Below are positions 1-12,548 of a DNA stretch of 64,000 bases, one piece after another. The DNA lies in NCBI GenBank assembly GCA_965645245.1, contig OZ287071.1, positions 620,001 to 684,000 of the forward strand, written 5' to 3'. The notes under the pieces were generated by a model. The model saw only the letters and a list, made by a program, of their open reading frames with translations. It was not told the DNA's origin and made no database searches. The translations under genes and the position numbers were made by a program. The stretch's first letter is position 1. Every line of letters begins with the position of its first letter. This DNA comes from Massalongia carnosa. Its lineage: Eukaryota.

Positions 1-1960
1 CATCCTCATAGCTCAACTCTCATCCCTCAAGAACCCTCCCTGTTCCAGTGCCAGCTGTATTCCGGCTCTGGATCAGTATGAATAGTATACTGATCCTGGT
101 AGAAGTGAAAGTCACTAAAATTTTTGGTTTATTGACTCAAAGCTTCATTGCTGAGTAAATAAGGAGGTATCAAGCTTACATAAATCCCCACGACTCAAAG
201 TTAAACCGACATTGGTATGGTGCCTTAGGCTGAATCTTAATGCTATAATGATCTTCCATATGAGTGGGAGCAACCATGGCACCTCCAATAGGTGGCTCGA
301 CGCTTTATAGCCGATTCTCGCTCCGTAGCACCCAATTAATTCCAAACATACCTCCCTCAACCTAACATTAACTTAATATGTAACGGGTTCACGATGCTAC
401 TGACGGAGTCGCCAGCGAGCGCAATCGGAAGATTCCATTTTGGAGAAGTTTTTTTGTGTCTGAAGAACGTTTTCTCAGTGGTGTGGTCAAATGAGGCATC
501 GTGAGCTGATAGCCTTACAAGATGTCCCGGTACCATCATGATCACCAGCTTGCAAGGAGGCAAACTCCGTTAAGACTCAGACAAGGGGTTTTCTTCAGCG
601 CGAGGCACCATCCTCTTCCGTTCTTGCCCACGGAACACTACCTCGCAAAACAACACATCAGCCTATTCATCTGAAGGGACCCATGCACAATCTTACCTCG
701 CTGGAAGAGGATATAGCTTGTAACAATAGCGATCGGAAGGGCAACGATAGTCAACGTAACTCTACATACAAGTTAGGGGTAGTTGGCTTCAAATGGAGTT
801 TATATAGGGTAACGGCGGACCTTCGGGCCGTGGCCTTGTAGTTTGGAGGGAGTTGGGCGCTGGCCAGCGGAGGTTGGCGTGGAGGGCTCATATTTGGGTT
901 TTTGGAGTTATGACTGAAATCCTCCAGAGCATTCGCCTTCAGGGTTCTTGCCAGTTTTGTGCTCGAGAGGTTTGGGTTGGAGCTGGTCCTGGCTGTGAAG
1001 ACTGGCGCTATAGCGATCAATTGCGCAGGCCACTAGGCTTTCATATCGGGGGAAAAGTGTTTTGCGGTGTAGGCAGCTTCAGTTTTTGCATTCTGTATTT
1101 TGGTCTACAAGTAAGACCTATGAGGGTGAAGACTGCACGCCATCAAGGCGAGATAGATGACTACCTGCCCGACTAGTTAAGCTCCTTCGGGTTAGCCTTA
1201 AAGAAAGTTAAGTTCCTTCGAGTGACTAGCTTTGTTTAAATGGAAAATTCAAGTTTACGATCAGATATAACTTAACGGTAAAGGCGACGACAATTTCGAT
1301 TTCACAAAACAACATCACCATTTTTATTATCGATGAAGAAATTTTATTGCTGAGTTTTTGTTAACTCCATATCAAGAAGCGAGAAGATGAATACATATCG
1401 GTCGTCTGAGCATATACGACTGTCGATATTAGATGAGAAGAATACACTGATCAATCGATGATCATCTGCTGTCCAATTTCAGCTTCTATTAAAGGTGAAT
1501 AAGATAAGTACTCTTAAGGAGAATGAAAGCATTGTTGTGCGTCGATCCATGGTTAATTGATGCAATATTATCCTTATCGAACAGCTCCTCATCCTCTGTC
1601 TTATCCAGATCCTCGTCTGTGTTCTTGACATTCTCGACATCTTCGTCTTCGTCTTTCTTCTCCTTCTTGTTCTTCATACTAAATCACTTGTTTATCACGG
1701 TCGACACCTGAAATCTCATAGGTGAAGCTCTGCAAGATAAGATTATGAACTCGATTCGCGGTCGTATGCGCTTTCTCTTTCCTAGCTACTTTTCGAACCT
1801 CGATACTTTGCAGGTATTGTATTGCATGATGAGGATCGTCATCGTTAGTCCGTTGATCAATCTTGAATGAGTGAGTTTGATGAATTGAGCTCTGAGATTG
1901 ATTGACGCATCGACAGGTGCAATGATAAAATGACAAACAAACCTTCAAGCTCTTCATTAA
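1..1960 (-). pseudogene. Decayed multi-exon gene or transposon-gene remnant, unidentified, interrupted by an LTR-like insert
   Basis: Minus strand has canonical donors (GTAAGA near 696, GTAAGC near 179). Protein-like frames are peppered with stops (ADDHRLISVFFSS...VVL*NRNCRRLYR*VISDRKLEFSI*TKLYPLPA) and include an acidic run (1489-1677). Boundaries are approximate. Confidence 0.35.
719..1226 (-). mobile_element. Probable solo LTR (~508 bp)
   Basis: Begins TGTAAC at 719 and ends GAGTGAC at 1226 (terminal A missing). Flanked by a 5-bp direct repeat TAGCT (714-718, 1227-1231). TATATAA is present on the minus strand near 800-806. Confidence 0.5.
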
Positions 1961-2093
1961 CCGCTATAATTGCCTTTATTCTTTCATCGAACTTCGAAAA
2001 CATTAAATATGATATCTTTGTTGCCTTGCGCTTCTTTGCCTATGTAGATTTGTTTGCCTTTCCTGCAGTCCGCGGCAACTTGCATACAACAAC

Positions 2094-2630
2094 ATGGCCA
2101 ATGACGAAGTCATCCACTTGGCCCTATTCTTGGCAATCCTTATAGCTGCATGCTTGATGTTCTGTGGCGCTTCGGTGCAGGATACACAGCGGCATCATTT
2201 ACTGCACTTATGTATTTGCATCACCTTTCTACCTCTTGTAGTCGTCCTCAACATTTTGAGCGCGTTGCAGCTATATTGGATCTCAGGTGAGATCGAGATT
2301 TATTTATTTATCAATGACCCTGACTTTCTTTAGTAGGTGGAGCTATCATAATCGCGATTGATATCTTGGTTTGTCCTTCATTAGCAGTACCGCCAATATT
2401 CGAAGTATATGGTATATTGGTCATCATGCGCATATGCTAGCGTTGGTTGCAGTTCATAGCGTTATGGTAGATATTGCCCTTCATGGATTTTTTCTAACGT
2501 CTTACCAGGCTATAGGTACTCGTGTTCTTCGTTCTGAAGACAGCTCTGACTTTCAGGTAACTTTACTTTTTCCGGGTTTGACGAACGACTCATTAAATAG
2601 GCGGCAGTTTCATCAGCAGCCACGCTAGTC
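2094..2630 (+). pseudogene. Small hydrophobic (membrane) protein gene, probably degenerate
   Basis: ATG 2094 gives two hydrophobic segments, with a GTGAGA donor at ~2287 and a TAG acceptor at ~2333. The next exon (GGAIIIAIDILV...) hits a stop. Confidence 0.25.
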
Positions 2631-3491
2631 GGAGCATTATCTTGAAGATAATCCTACTCACTTGTTCAGGCGAATATAGTGTCTTGCTAGCTGGAGGTAT
2701 CTTAGCATACCGCAAACGCACGGAAAGAAGGTCATTGTGGAGACTTATATTCGTCGAGACGCTGATTCATTCCTTGATAGTAGTTGTTACTTGTTCCCTT
2801 CTGATCCTAGGCTAGCTTCACGTGTACGATGAAGGTTTTGCAAAAATCCTCATAGTCAGTCTACTGACTTATTTTTGACCTCGAGGCTTACGCTGATTTT
2901 CCTTTTCGATGGGCAGGTAGTAGTTGCAAGTATGATCACTTGTAGCGCACGTTTCGCTATTGGTCTGTCCTTCCGTACCCCCGCAAGACTGGACGATGAT
3001 GAGCTCGAGTTAACACGTCAGCACGGATATGGAAACCGGAAGGATGGGGAAATGCAACGTCCAGAGACGCGGTCAAGTACAAGTCCAAGAACAGGCCATA
3101 AGGATATGCCTTGCAAGCTACCTGAACGAGGCGTTGAGCCTGGATATAGTCGTATGCTTTCTGAAATATTCGAAAAAGTGGCTTCTGGCGATTCGGTTTC
3201 ATGGCAGGCATTCGAGAGTAGCAGAGTATCATAGCCTCGATAAGGGATACAATAAATAGTCATACAAATAGCCTTTATTTTCCTCCTATCTGACAATGTA
3301 TGTCTATGAATTATCATCAAAGGTTCTTCATGTTATTCTCATAGTAAATATGAGCGTTGCATTTCTTCAGAAGCTGCCATGATGCTAACATTATCAGCTC
3401 AAGCATCTATTCGAAGAACAAACTGTCAGCAAAGATGCCTCAGCTCCAAGTTCTTGAGAAAAGATCGCGCAAACGATGAAGTACGACAGCA

Positions 3492-3872
3492 ATGAGGGAA
3501 GACGACGGAAGTCGAGAGAAGATCGCACATACGCCAAAAGCAGCGGCAGCGAAAGAAAAAGGAAAAGAAGAAGAGAAGATTGATATGAGTGATATGATGG
3601 CTGAGATAAAGGAGATCGCAGAAGTAAGGCGCAAGGATGTGCAAAAGGCAAAAGATGACGGGTTGAGAGTTGTGAAGAAGGCTCGTCTGAGGCCCCTTTG
3701 TTGTGCGTGTGAGGAAAGACCAGGAGTCAACCGTAATGGAACGTGTGCTTACGAACATCGCCAGTTTCAGAATGCATATTGTTGGAATCGGATGCATCCT
3801 GAAGCGAACCAACAGGACCAAGTAAACATATGTTCTGTACCACTCCAGCTGAGTATATATTCGCTCAAATAA
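3492..3872 (+). CDS. Hypothetical charged protein with a C-terminal Cys/His cluster
   Basis: 126-aa ATG ORF with a K/E-rich helix followed by CCAC...C...H...C. No family recognised. Confidence 0.3.
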   Translation: MREDDGSREKIAHTPKAAAAKEKGKEEEKIDMSDMMAEIKEIAEVRRKDVQKAKDDGLRVVKKARLRPLCCACEERPGVNRNGTCAYEHRQFQNAYCWNRMHPEANQQDQVNICSVPLQLSIYSLK

Positions 3873-5910
3873 TCTCATCCGAGCACTTGAATGTCATTTA
3901 GCGACTGCAACATCTCGCACTGTCACGTCCACCAGTGCTGACCAAAATCGTTGACGCTGTGACTGCTCGGTCTATCATCCGGGCAAATGTTTGATGCAGT
4001 CGTGACATGCTCCCATGATACTGGTTCTGACTAATACTCATTTGTACCGCTGTCTCAGAAGGCTTCAAATGTCAAGCACTATGTTGCGGATCGTTATAAA
4101 GGGTTTCCGCTCAACTAATCCACTCTCCAAGTAAAGGCAATGTAGCTTTTGCGCTAATCTTTCCTACTCAACGCCTATAGTCAAGAGGTCTAGAGAAAGA
4201 ATGCGAAGAGTCTGTCATGCGAGGACAATGGTGTTTTCCAAAGTCTCGGTTCAATCACGCATTTATTAACGACAAGGAACGCTCTACAGAACAACCATCC
4301 ATGACTGCCGCGCATGTGGAGAAAGTCCTTTGCGCAGGCTATAACATGGGTTCTGTACGTGTGGCATATCTTTTAAGCTCTTGTTGCTAAAGTATATAAA
4401 TCCAAGGATAGTACTAGAATTTATTATGATCCAGAGACTCGCAAATTTTCTGCAGCAAAGCTTGAGACAATTCCAGACATAGAATGATACGACATGCCAT
4501 TTTCTGTGTCTTTATCGGTACCGGCGGCTAATCAGAGATATTTCTTCATCGTTTGTTGATTTGAATTCGCCCAAAAGCATCTCCTTATGATCTCAACGCA
4601 CCTCCAAAAAATCCTTTGCTACTCCAACAGCAAATTAATCTGCAAGGAGGCGAAATAAGACAACAGACCTGTCGTATTTGCAGCCTTGCTTTCAGCTGAA
4701 CTTATTTATATATAAATCAATGGCTATCGAGATACCTTTTGAATAATTTGATAGCGATGGTACTCAGCGCACTAGAGTCCTCTTTCTAGCATCTTTTTAT
4801 TCCAACGCGAATTAAACAGGCATCTTACATAGCTAGTCGCCAATTTAGCGACCAAGACGTCAAGACGCCAAAGCGACAGATTCTAGACCCATTATCTTTA
4901 TCATGCACTGTCGTGAAGTCGAATGTATGAATAGGAGCAGTAATAGACACAATAGGCCTGAATCGGAAGCATCGTGAAAGGAGCAATATGCCTGAATCAT
5001 GCCTGTTTTTTTTCATGTTTAGAAAGGATGGCGTCCAAAGAGGCTTAGCGCTGTACAAGTCAAGTCAATTCGTTGACTCCATTCCAGACTAACTAGCACT
5101 CACAAAGTGTAACGCATCTACCTCAACCGATTGAATTACTTCATCAGAAAACCCTCCTTCACCTTGTGACTTTTAACCGTTCCTTTCTCCCCCATTCATC
5201 ATCCCGTCTTCTCTTTCTGAGCCTCAGTTGGCTCCGTCCTCGTTCGCGCCCTCGTCCCCGCTTCGAAGATTTATTCAATGCCTCCTTTACATGTTCGAAC
5301 TTGAATAGCTTTCAGTGCATGCAGCACGGCTGATGCTTGACATATAATTGCAAAGACCTTGGAGTCTCTAGATGTAGAGAAGTTTTGAGCCGGTAGTCTC
5401 ACTTTTGTACTTAATCATTCATACCTCCGTGCCATTGATCTACTTTTACCGCTTCTCCTGCGAGCACCCTATCTCGTTCCAATCCAGCAGCAGTATAGAA
5501 GCATCTTCTTTGTTCTTTCCCCTCTTTCTAAGCGACATGTCTTGGGGTCAAACTAGGTCAAATCTTCAAAGAAACGGGCGGCAATCTTCACTGTTGAAAT
5601 CGCTTGCCAACGAAGATGACACATACACGTTAAATGCCTACCCTACCTCTTGCTGACCATTTATAAGGAAGCGACCTTATGGTATTGAGCGCAAAAAAAA
5701 AGCTCAAGCCTATTCGCAGAAGTACACGTGTACAAGAAATACAGCACAAGACTTTGGAGTGAAGATATCTAATTTCTTTTCCTTCAGCGAATCATTCCTT
5801 TGACAAAGAGGCATGTCCTAGCGGCCATTCCCATACTATATTACGAAGACTGACCCGAATCGTTCACATCAGTTGCTAACACCGACGAATCGGAATTATC
5901 TGATTCACAG

Positions 5911-6222
5911 GAAATAGCGACAAGCGCTTCTGCATTTCAAGAAATTATGAAGATGAAAATGCTAAGACTGACAATAGCTGTCATGCTTAAAGAGCAACTC
6001 GCCCAGCAGAAGCAAGAGAACAAGGAGCTTGTAGACTTACTGAAGCAGCAAACTCCATCAAATGAATCGGAGGACCTAAGAGAAATGAAGCAGGAGAATG
6101 ACCGGCAGACGCAGGAAACGAAGTAGGGAAATGATGGGTTGAAGGAGCAGAATAAGGAACTCATGGATCGGCTGAAGGAATTCATGGATCTGTTGAAACA
6201 GCAAAATTATGCTAAGACGTAA
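5911..6222 (+). pseudogene. Last exon of a coiled-coil protein gene with an internal TAG
   Basis: GCTAAC...CAG acceptor at 5910. The frame reads EIATSASAFQEIMK...KQENKELVDLLKQQ...KQEND...K*GNDGLKEQNKELMDRLKEFMDLLKQQ. TAG at 6124-6126 sits where the repeats have Gln (CAG). Confidence 0.45.
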
Positions 6223-6332
6223 TCGCAACGGTGGAGAAATACACACCGTTCACACTTCGGGAAAGTCAGCCCCGCCAGCTCTGATTGACTCAGCGGGACC
6301 TAAGGCCGATTCTGCACATGTCGCAGCTCATG

Positions 6333-6680
6333 AGCTCTCTGAGCACTTCCTAGGGGCACCAAGCTCCCTGAGTACCTTTTAGGAGCACCGAGCTAACTGC
6401 ACAAACTTGTGCTTGCATGTGCACGTCGCATGATTATCATACATGATATGCTATGATTTGCGCGAAATTAAATAATTTTGACGTTCGTTGAACGGTACAC
6501 GATTTGATGAAGTGTAAATGTCCGTGAACACGTACGAACATCAAAATTCTCACAGCTCAAATGACTCAGACAGCTCAGCGAGCTCCGGGCTAGCTAGGGG
6601 CGCGCTCTACTTGCTTAGAACGCAATTTGAACTCCGAGCTAGCCCCAAGTTAGCCCCGGGAGTTATTCGCAATTGCTTAA
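6333..6680. repeat. MITE/DNA-transposon-like relic with direct and inverted repeats
   Basis: Two ~29-bp direct repeats (6333-6361, 6362-6390). A 15-bp inverted repeat at 6474-6488/6534-6548 has 1 mismatch. Many GAGCT/AGCTC motifs on both sides. Confidence 0.35.
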
Positions 6681-7624
6681 AGTGGAAAAGATCTGCTGGA
6701 TAGAAAGTCGTGTTTCTTATAATGATGATGAATTCATACTACGATATTTTATCGGCTGAAGGCAGGCCCGTGTGGACTAAACTATCTAGCTTAAATTACA
6801 TGAAAACTCATTTTAGATGTAAAAATCATGTTCAGTGATAAATATTCAATGTGTCATCGAATTTATGTGTGGATCACTTGTTTGAAACAATTTGAAATCA
6901 TTTATGATGTCGTCTTGAAATGTTAAACGGAAAAAAATCAATTCGATCTTTATGTTAATATAATGTAAATCATGTTATATTACGATTTGCTTCATCTTTA
7001 ATTTACACATAATTATGATGTTACGACTTTTGAAGTTTTGAAAATCCACGCCAGAAAATACCTGCCCCGTTATCCAGTTTGTCTTGTTGCCCATTGAGTT
7101 ACGTTAACCCGAGTAGGAAGGATAAGACGAAGCTAACTAGAGTAGGTAGAGATGCCAGAAGCAGGTACTCTGGAGGTACTCTGCATGATCTGGGATATCG
7201 GAACAAAGGTTGTCAAATCTAAACGAAGTCGGGATCTGTCAAAGGATTGGACTGCTATGACAGTTTTTTGTTGGCCTCTCCACCCTAATTAGTACAAGAT
7301 ACTCCCATGAAGGTGCTTTAAGTAAAGGTTAAGCTTCTTGATTCGTCCAAAAAGTGACAAGTTCCTCAGCTGACGTCTAGGGATTTTCTTTCTATTGTAC
7401 AAAATCAAAACGCTTTTTACCCCGTCGTTCAGTTCAGGTCAACTCGCTGGGCCCAGCAATGAAAATGTAGACGCAGCAGTTTCACGCAGCAGTTTCGCGG
7501 CAGTAGTATCATTGGAGTTCCACTTCACCACCTCCCGTGGCGCCCAGCGCTCCCACGCCATTCCTTATTAGATAATAGCCTAGCGTTCACCAAATCTTCC
7601 CCGTTTGTTGAAGAAGAGAGCTGA

Positions 7625-9797
7625 TCAACGCTTCCTCTTCTGTCCGGGGCGAGATCCAGGCAAAGGCGGGAATCCATATTCCTGGACCTTTTTCGCTTCT
7701 GCTGCGTTTCGCGCACGAACAGGGGGCCCTAAGATATTCCCTCTTGACGGCAGTGAGGCTGTTTGTAAGACCTCTGTTGATGTTCTGGGTCGAGCAAGCA
7801 TTCGCTGGGTCATCTGAGCGGTGGTGCCATATGCGCTTGCGTGGCTGGGGTTTATGCCGCCTCCTGAAGTCGGGAAACGATTAGCACGGCTTGAAAGGTG
7901 GGCGTAAAGCTGAGAGGTCGCGATGCTCTGCTTGGCCGAAATGATTGTGTTGATCGAGACCCCAGCATGGTCGAGCAAACGTTTGAGAGCTGCGGCTTGC
8001 TCTTTGGCGGTGCTCGAGCCATGAATGCTAGTTTTTCGGGGAGGGTTAATCGATAGGCCCGGTCGATTCTCAAAATACCCTGGACTCTGGTTTGCGTCAC
8101 GTTCTGCCATTAACTCCCCAATAATGCGTTCTAGCATTGCGCTGACATCACCGTCAAGCTGTGGAATCGGTGTTTGACCGCCTGCTGGGCTAATATTCTC
8201 TTGTACATCGGACAGGGGCTCCTCATCCTCATCAGAAACCGAGCCTCCAGCAGCAAGTTTTAGGAAATCATCTATATCAGACGTGTCCAGAGTACATCTA
8301 ACAGGAGATTGGTTCGATTTTGCAGTATCGCTTAGGACTTGGGTACTTCCGTCCTCTGGTAAAGCTGTGCCGGTAGGGCCTCCGTTTGGAGGTGGATTAG
8401 CATAGGGAGTCACATAGGTGTCGGAATTTCCTTCAGCAATTTTATGTAGGATATTGGTTGCTGCCTCAAGAGCTTTGATTACATCGTCATTCTGTTCACA
8501 CTGAGGATCTATAGTGTACGATCCGGCCATCCCGCCACGAATCCCCGATGATCCCAAGGCGGTATTAGCGTCCTCACTAGCTTTGAATGCTGTCCACCCA
8601 CTTGTCAAGCTTGCAGGACTAGCGCTACTAGACTGCGGATCATTAGTGGTGGTTTCGGGGTAGTCCTTCAGTGCTGCATTGATCGCACGAATGATTTCAG
8701 GGGAAGCTCCAAGAGTACGCAAGGCCTCGATAAAAGGCCTTGAGTTGGTGGCGCTATCCTCGAGCGCGGATTTCAACGCTGCGGCTGCTTCACGATTTGA
8801 ATTCTGAATGCTGGTATTGCGTACGCCTTGCAGGGTATTTATGAACAAGGTTCCAGCGGCGTTGGTCTCACTCGAGACAGCCGTCCCTTTGGCAAAGAGT
8901 TTGGTTCCAAGGTTAGCCTCGAAAGTGAAGCCCTGGAATCCACGTTCTCGGCTCTCTCGCTGCTCACGTCGTTCTCGGCGTTTGATGAACTCCTCTTCCA
9001 TCCATTTGGTTTTTTCAATTGAAGGAGTAATACCGTAAATCTTCTTGGCTCTAGAGTTGACTCGGCAGCGGAGATCATTGTCTTTGTCTATTACGCACCA
9101 ACGTTACAAACTGGGGCAAGAAGCAAAAACAAAAACAACAGAAACCAAACATACTGCGTTCAAGATGATTGCCACGCCAATTTTGCTTGCGCTTCCTATT
9201 CTCGTCCCGCTGCTTATCCCGTTCCGCAATCACGGTGGCGTCAGCGCCCTCATCAGATTTATGGCGAATCTGAACTCCTGGTGCATGGGAAAGGGAACTC
9301 CTTCTAAAATCTTTGGGTTCGCTTTCGACCTCAGGCCCAGGAACAATCGGGACTTCGAATTGGCGAATCTGTTTTGCAACCCAGATTGCAAGTTCTACTG
9401 GGTCCGACGGCGCGCTTGAAAAATCTATACTGTCCTTCGGCGGAGATGCATCCGCTGTTGCGCCGGAGCCTCTTTGTGAATGACTAGGTGAAATATTAGA
9501 ATCTGACATCGTTTTATGCGAAGCATCTTTCGATTCTTGTACATTCGATGAATTGGGCTGTGAGCTTGAGGTATCCATTATAGAGGTATTAGGTAAATCT
9601 TCAATCTGCGTACTAGTCGTACGTCCGCCATCGATATTCTCAGTTCTTATGGCGCTTAGAGGGAGAGTCGGCTGCTCTTGGCTATTGAATGATGGATTTA
9701 TGTCGGATATTGCAAGGAGAGCTGTCTTCATACGTTTCACACGATGGCCATCAGCTTCCTGGTCGCCCGTTACAGGGTATGGACTAGTATTCGTCAT
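7625..9797 (-). CDS. DUF3020-domain protein (2 exons: 9797-9155, 9087-7625)
   Basis: Splicing GTATGT(9154)..TAG(9088) joins RDENRKRKQNWRGNHLER to NKDNDLRCRVNSRAKKIYG...KWMEEEFIKRRERR, the fungal DUF3020 signature. The C-terminus ends YGFPPLPG...KRKR. Confidence 0.85.
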
Positions 9798-10515
9798 TCT
9801 CGATGCTTTTGGGCAGTCCCCGATATAAGACTTAAAGAGGATGGATATACATAAGACTCATCGGGAGTAAAGTCAATGAGACACAACAACGAAGCGTGGT
9901 AGGTAATGTACCTATATTCTCCAAAGGGAGACCAAAAGGGTGTGATCTGTTTGCCGAGATCAGGGCTAAATAATGAAACGTGCTAGGCGAGGCGTGTGTT
10001 GATGCCCACTTTGAAAATTGAAGTTTCAGAGGATAGTTTCCGGACCACAAAGCCAAAGAGACACAGGAATACAGTGAGATATGATAGAACACAACGACAG
10101 AAACTTTTCTTGAGATGTGATCTTTGCGACCCGGGGAGAAAACTCGCAAACTTTAAGGAATCAAGTTATTGTGATGGCCCCGGACGCTAGAAGCCCTAAA
10201 GCAATGTCGAGGAGAGCAAAGGGGAGCTAAACATATGATAGTGACATTGTGCAAGGGCAATTCATGAGCCAGAGAGCAAGAAAAGTTCACTTTTCCAGCA
10301 AAATCCTAGAGTGTGAAGATTTGACTATAAACGATGTGGATGCTTTGTGATGCAATTGGTTGGATATTAATTGGAAACAGCAGTCACGGCCGGAATTGGT
10401 TTCGGTCCGAGGACGAGGCTAATACAGTAAAATACACAAGCTCCGGAATGAATGACACTTGGCTTTAAGCTTCAAGATTTGTCAAACTACAATCCATACG
10501 GTACAACGGCACATC

Positions 10516-11589
10516 ATGCGCTTTCCAATTCATATCCTGCGCTCCATCACAATACTGTGGGTGGCTTCCTTTGCCTGTGCCGCATCATCGTGGAGTTTCG
10601 ACGATGCCACAGTTTCAGTCCAAAGCAAAAAGGCCGGAGTAGGGGGGGCCATTAAAGAGAAGTAGGTATATAGCTTGATCGCTGGCAATTGATAGAAACT
10701 GAACATATGGGCTTATTCTTCGTTTAAGGATTGTGCCGAACAAGCCCCTATCGAAGCCTATTTCGCTCAGCTCATCGGATACCTTGAAAGTCCTGCTCAC
10801 GGTGAAGGAGGACAGAAAGGCCAAGCAACCACATCAGGTGTTTTTGCTTGTGCAAGACACAGTGACAAGACTGGATACATCATTCGCTCTGTCGGTGAAA
10901 GATAATGGCAAAGCTAAGGTTGAGCTTGTAAGGATTTCCATGCAAGAACCCTTACGTATCGGTCTACTAACTCCCTCCGCGTTCCAGACGCAAAAGGACA
11001 TTCCCGCCCAACTCCTGACTTCTTCCGCCCCTCTCTCTATATCTCTCGTTATCGCATCCTTCGGTTCCTCAAAGCCATATCATAGCCACGCCTTTGACCT
11101 GTCCATCCTCGATCCCACCCCCCCACCACCATCATCTGAAATTCCCCTTCGATACGGGAAACTCCTAGAGATCCATCATACGTTCAAATCGGACCCGACA
11201 AGCCCGCCAAAGATTATCACAATGTTATTTACCGCTGCTGTAATTTCGGCTTTGCCAGTGCTGGCTATCACGGTGAATCCCTCTCAACCTCGCCTTAGCA
11301 AGTGTGAGCTTACTTCGTGAGCTAATCTGGGTGAATATCCCCATTCCAGTGGCTGTCTCTCGGCGCAAACCTCAACCATCTTTCGAAAGCGCTGGGAAGT
11401 TCGCCCGTCTCGCATGGGCTGTTCTTTACCTCCATATTGGCTATGGAGGGCGTTTTCTTTATGTACTACACTTCGTGGAACCTGTTCCAAACACTACCAG
11501 GGGCCGCTGCTATCGGATTGGTTGCCTTCTTGAGCGGGAGCCGCGCGTTGCGCGAGGTTCAGGAGCGTAGATTTGCGGGTTTGCGGTAA
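10516..11589 (+). CDS. SWP1: Oligosaccharyltransferase subunit ribophorin II / Swp1 (4 exons)
   Basis: Signal peptide MRFPIHILRS..., PHQVFLL, RYGKLLEIHHTFK, three C-terminal TM segments ending LSGSRALREVQERR. Introns 10662-10728, 10928-10987, 11273-11349. Confidence 0.9.
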
Positions 11590-12548
11590 CTATAACGAGT
11601 AGGGGTAAGATAGCTCTATGAGCCTCCTCGTCATGTAAGATAGCAAAAGAAGCGGGACTGGTTTTTTGTTAGTACGAAAAGTAACGCCGTGGGTCCAATG
11701 AATCCTTCTTTTCCCATGCCTCCGCCTTGCTGATCTTAGCACCCTGATGACCTAGCTCACACAGCTCGAAAAGCCGATCCCCATACTATCTATCTGGCCA
11801 ACCACCAAATCCCCTTCCTCCATTCCCCACACCGCATCCTTCACTGTTGGTAATCCCCATCACTACCATCATCATCACCATCATCCTTCTTCAGAAAAAA
11901 CCTAAGCCCAACCCCTCCCAAAAAATGAGGCCACTAAATCATTTGCCCCCCACAATCATCCTACCATCCAAGACCCCCACTAGCGACCACCTCTCACTCT
12001 CTGCGCACAATCACACTTCTAGCTTCAAATAACCAATCTACTCCACGATTTACCACTTCCGTGTCTTACCAAACTACCTAATTCTTTCTCCTTTCCTGCC
12101 GCAGCTCCAGATGTAATCCGAGAGATTTTGAACATTTTTATTCATGGTCTGTTTATATGTAGTTTTTCCTGCGTTAAACCCCCCTAACGGGCCCCCCTCC
12201 TCAAGCCTGCACCGCAGTCAAGTAACCGTCGTTCTAATATCCACCATACCTAGCCTCCATTATTCGGGCACGAGGATTGAAGGAGTATGGACTGGGATTT
12301 GTGGTGGGGGGGAAGAGGAAAGATAGAACATGAAGAGGAAGGTGGATGGGAAATAGATGTGAAGGAGAGTCTTTATTAAATAAGTTTTGTGGCGAGTCAT
12401 GATATTCTTTTCTTCAACCCCTTTGTTGAAAGCATCACCGTCATTACATCCTCCCTGGTGAACCCATTCCCACCCTGCCCAGCCAAGTCCATCCATAACC
12501 CCTAGTCTATGGTCTCCTTTCCAGTCTGTTGCCCAACTATTCTGCCCT

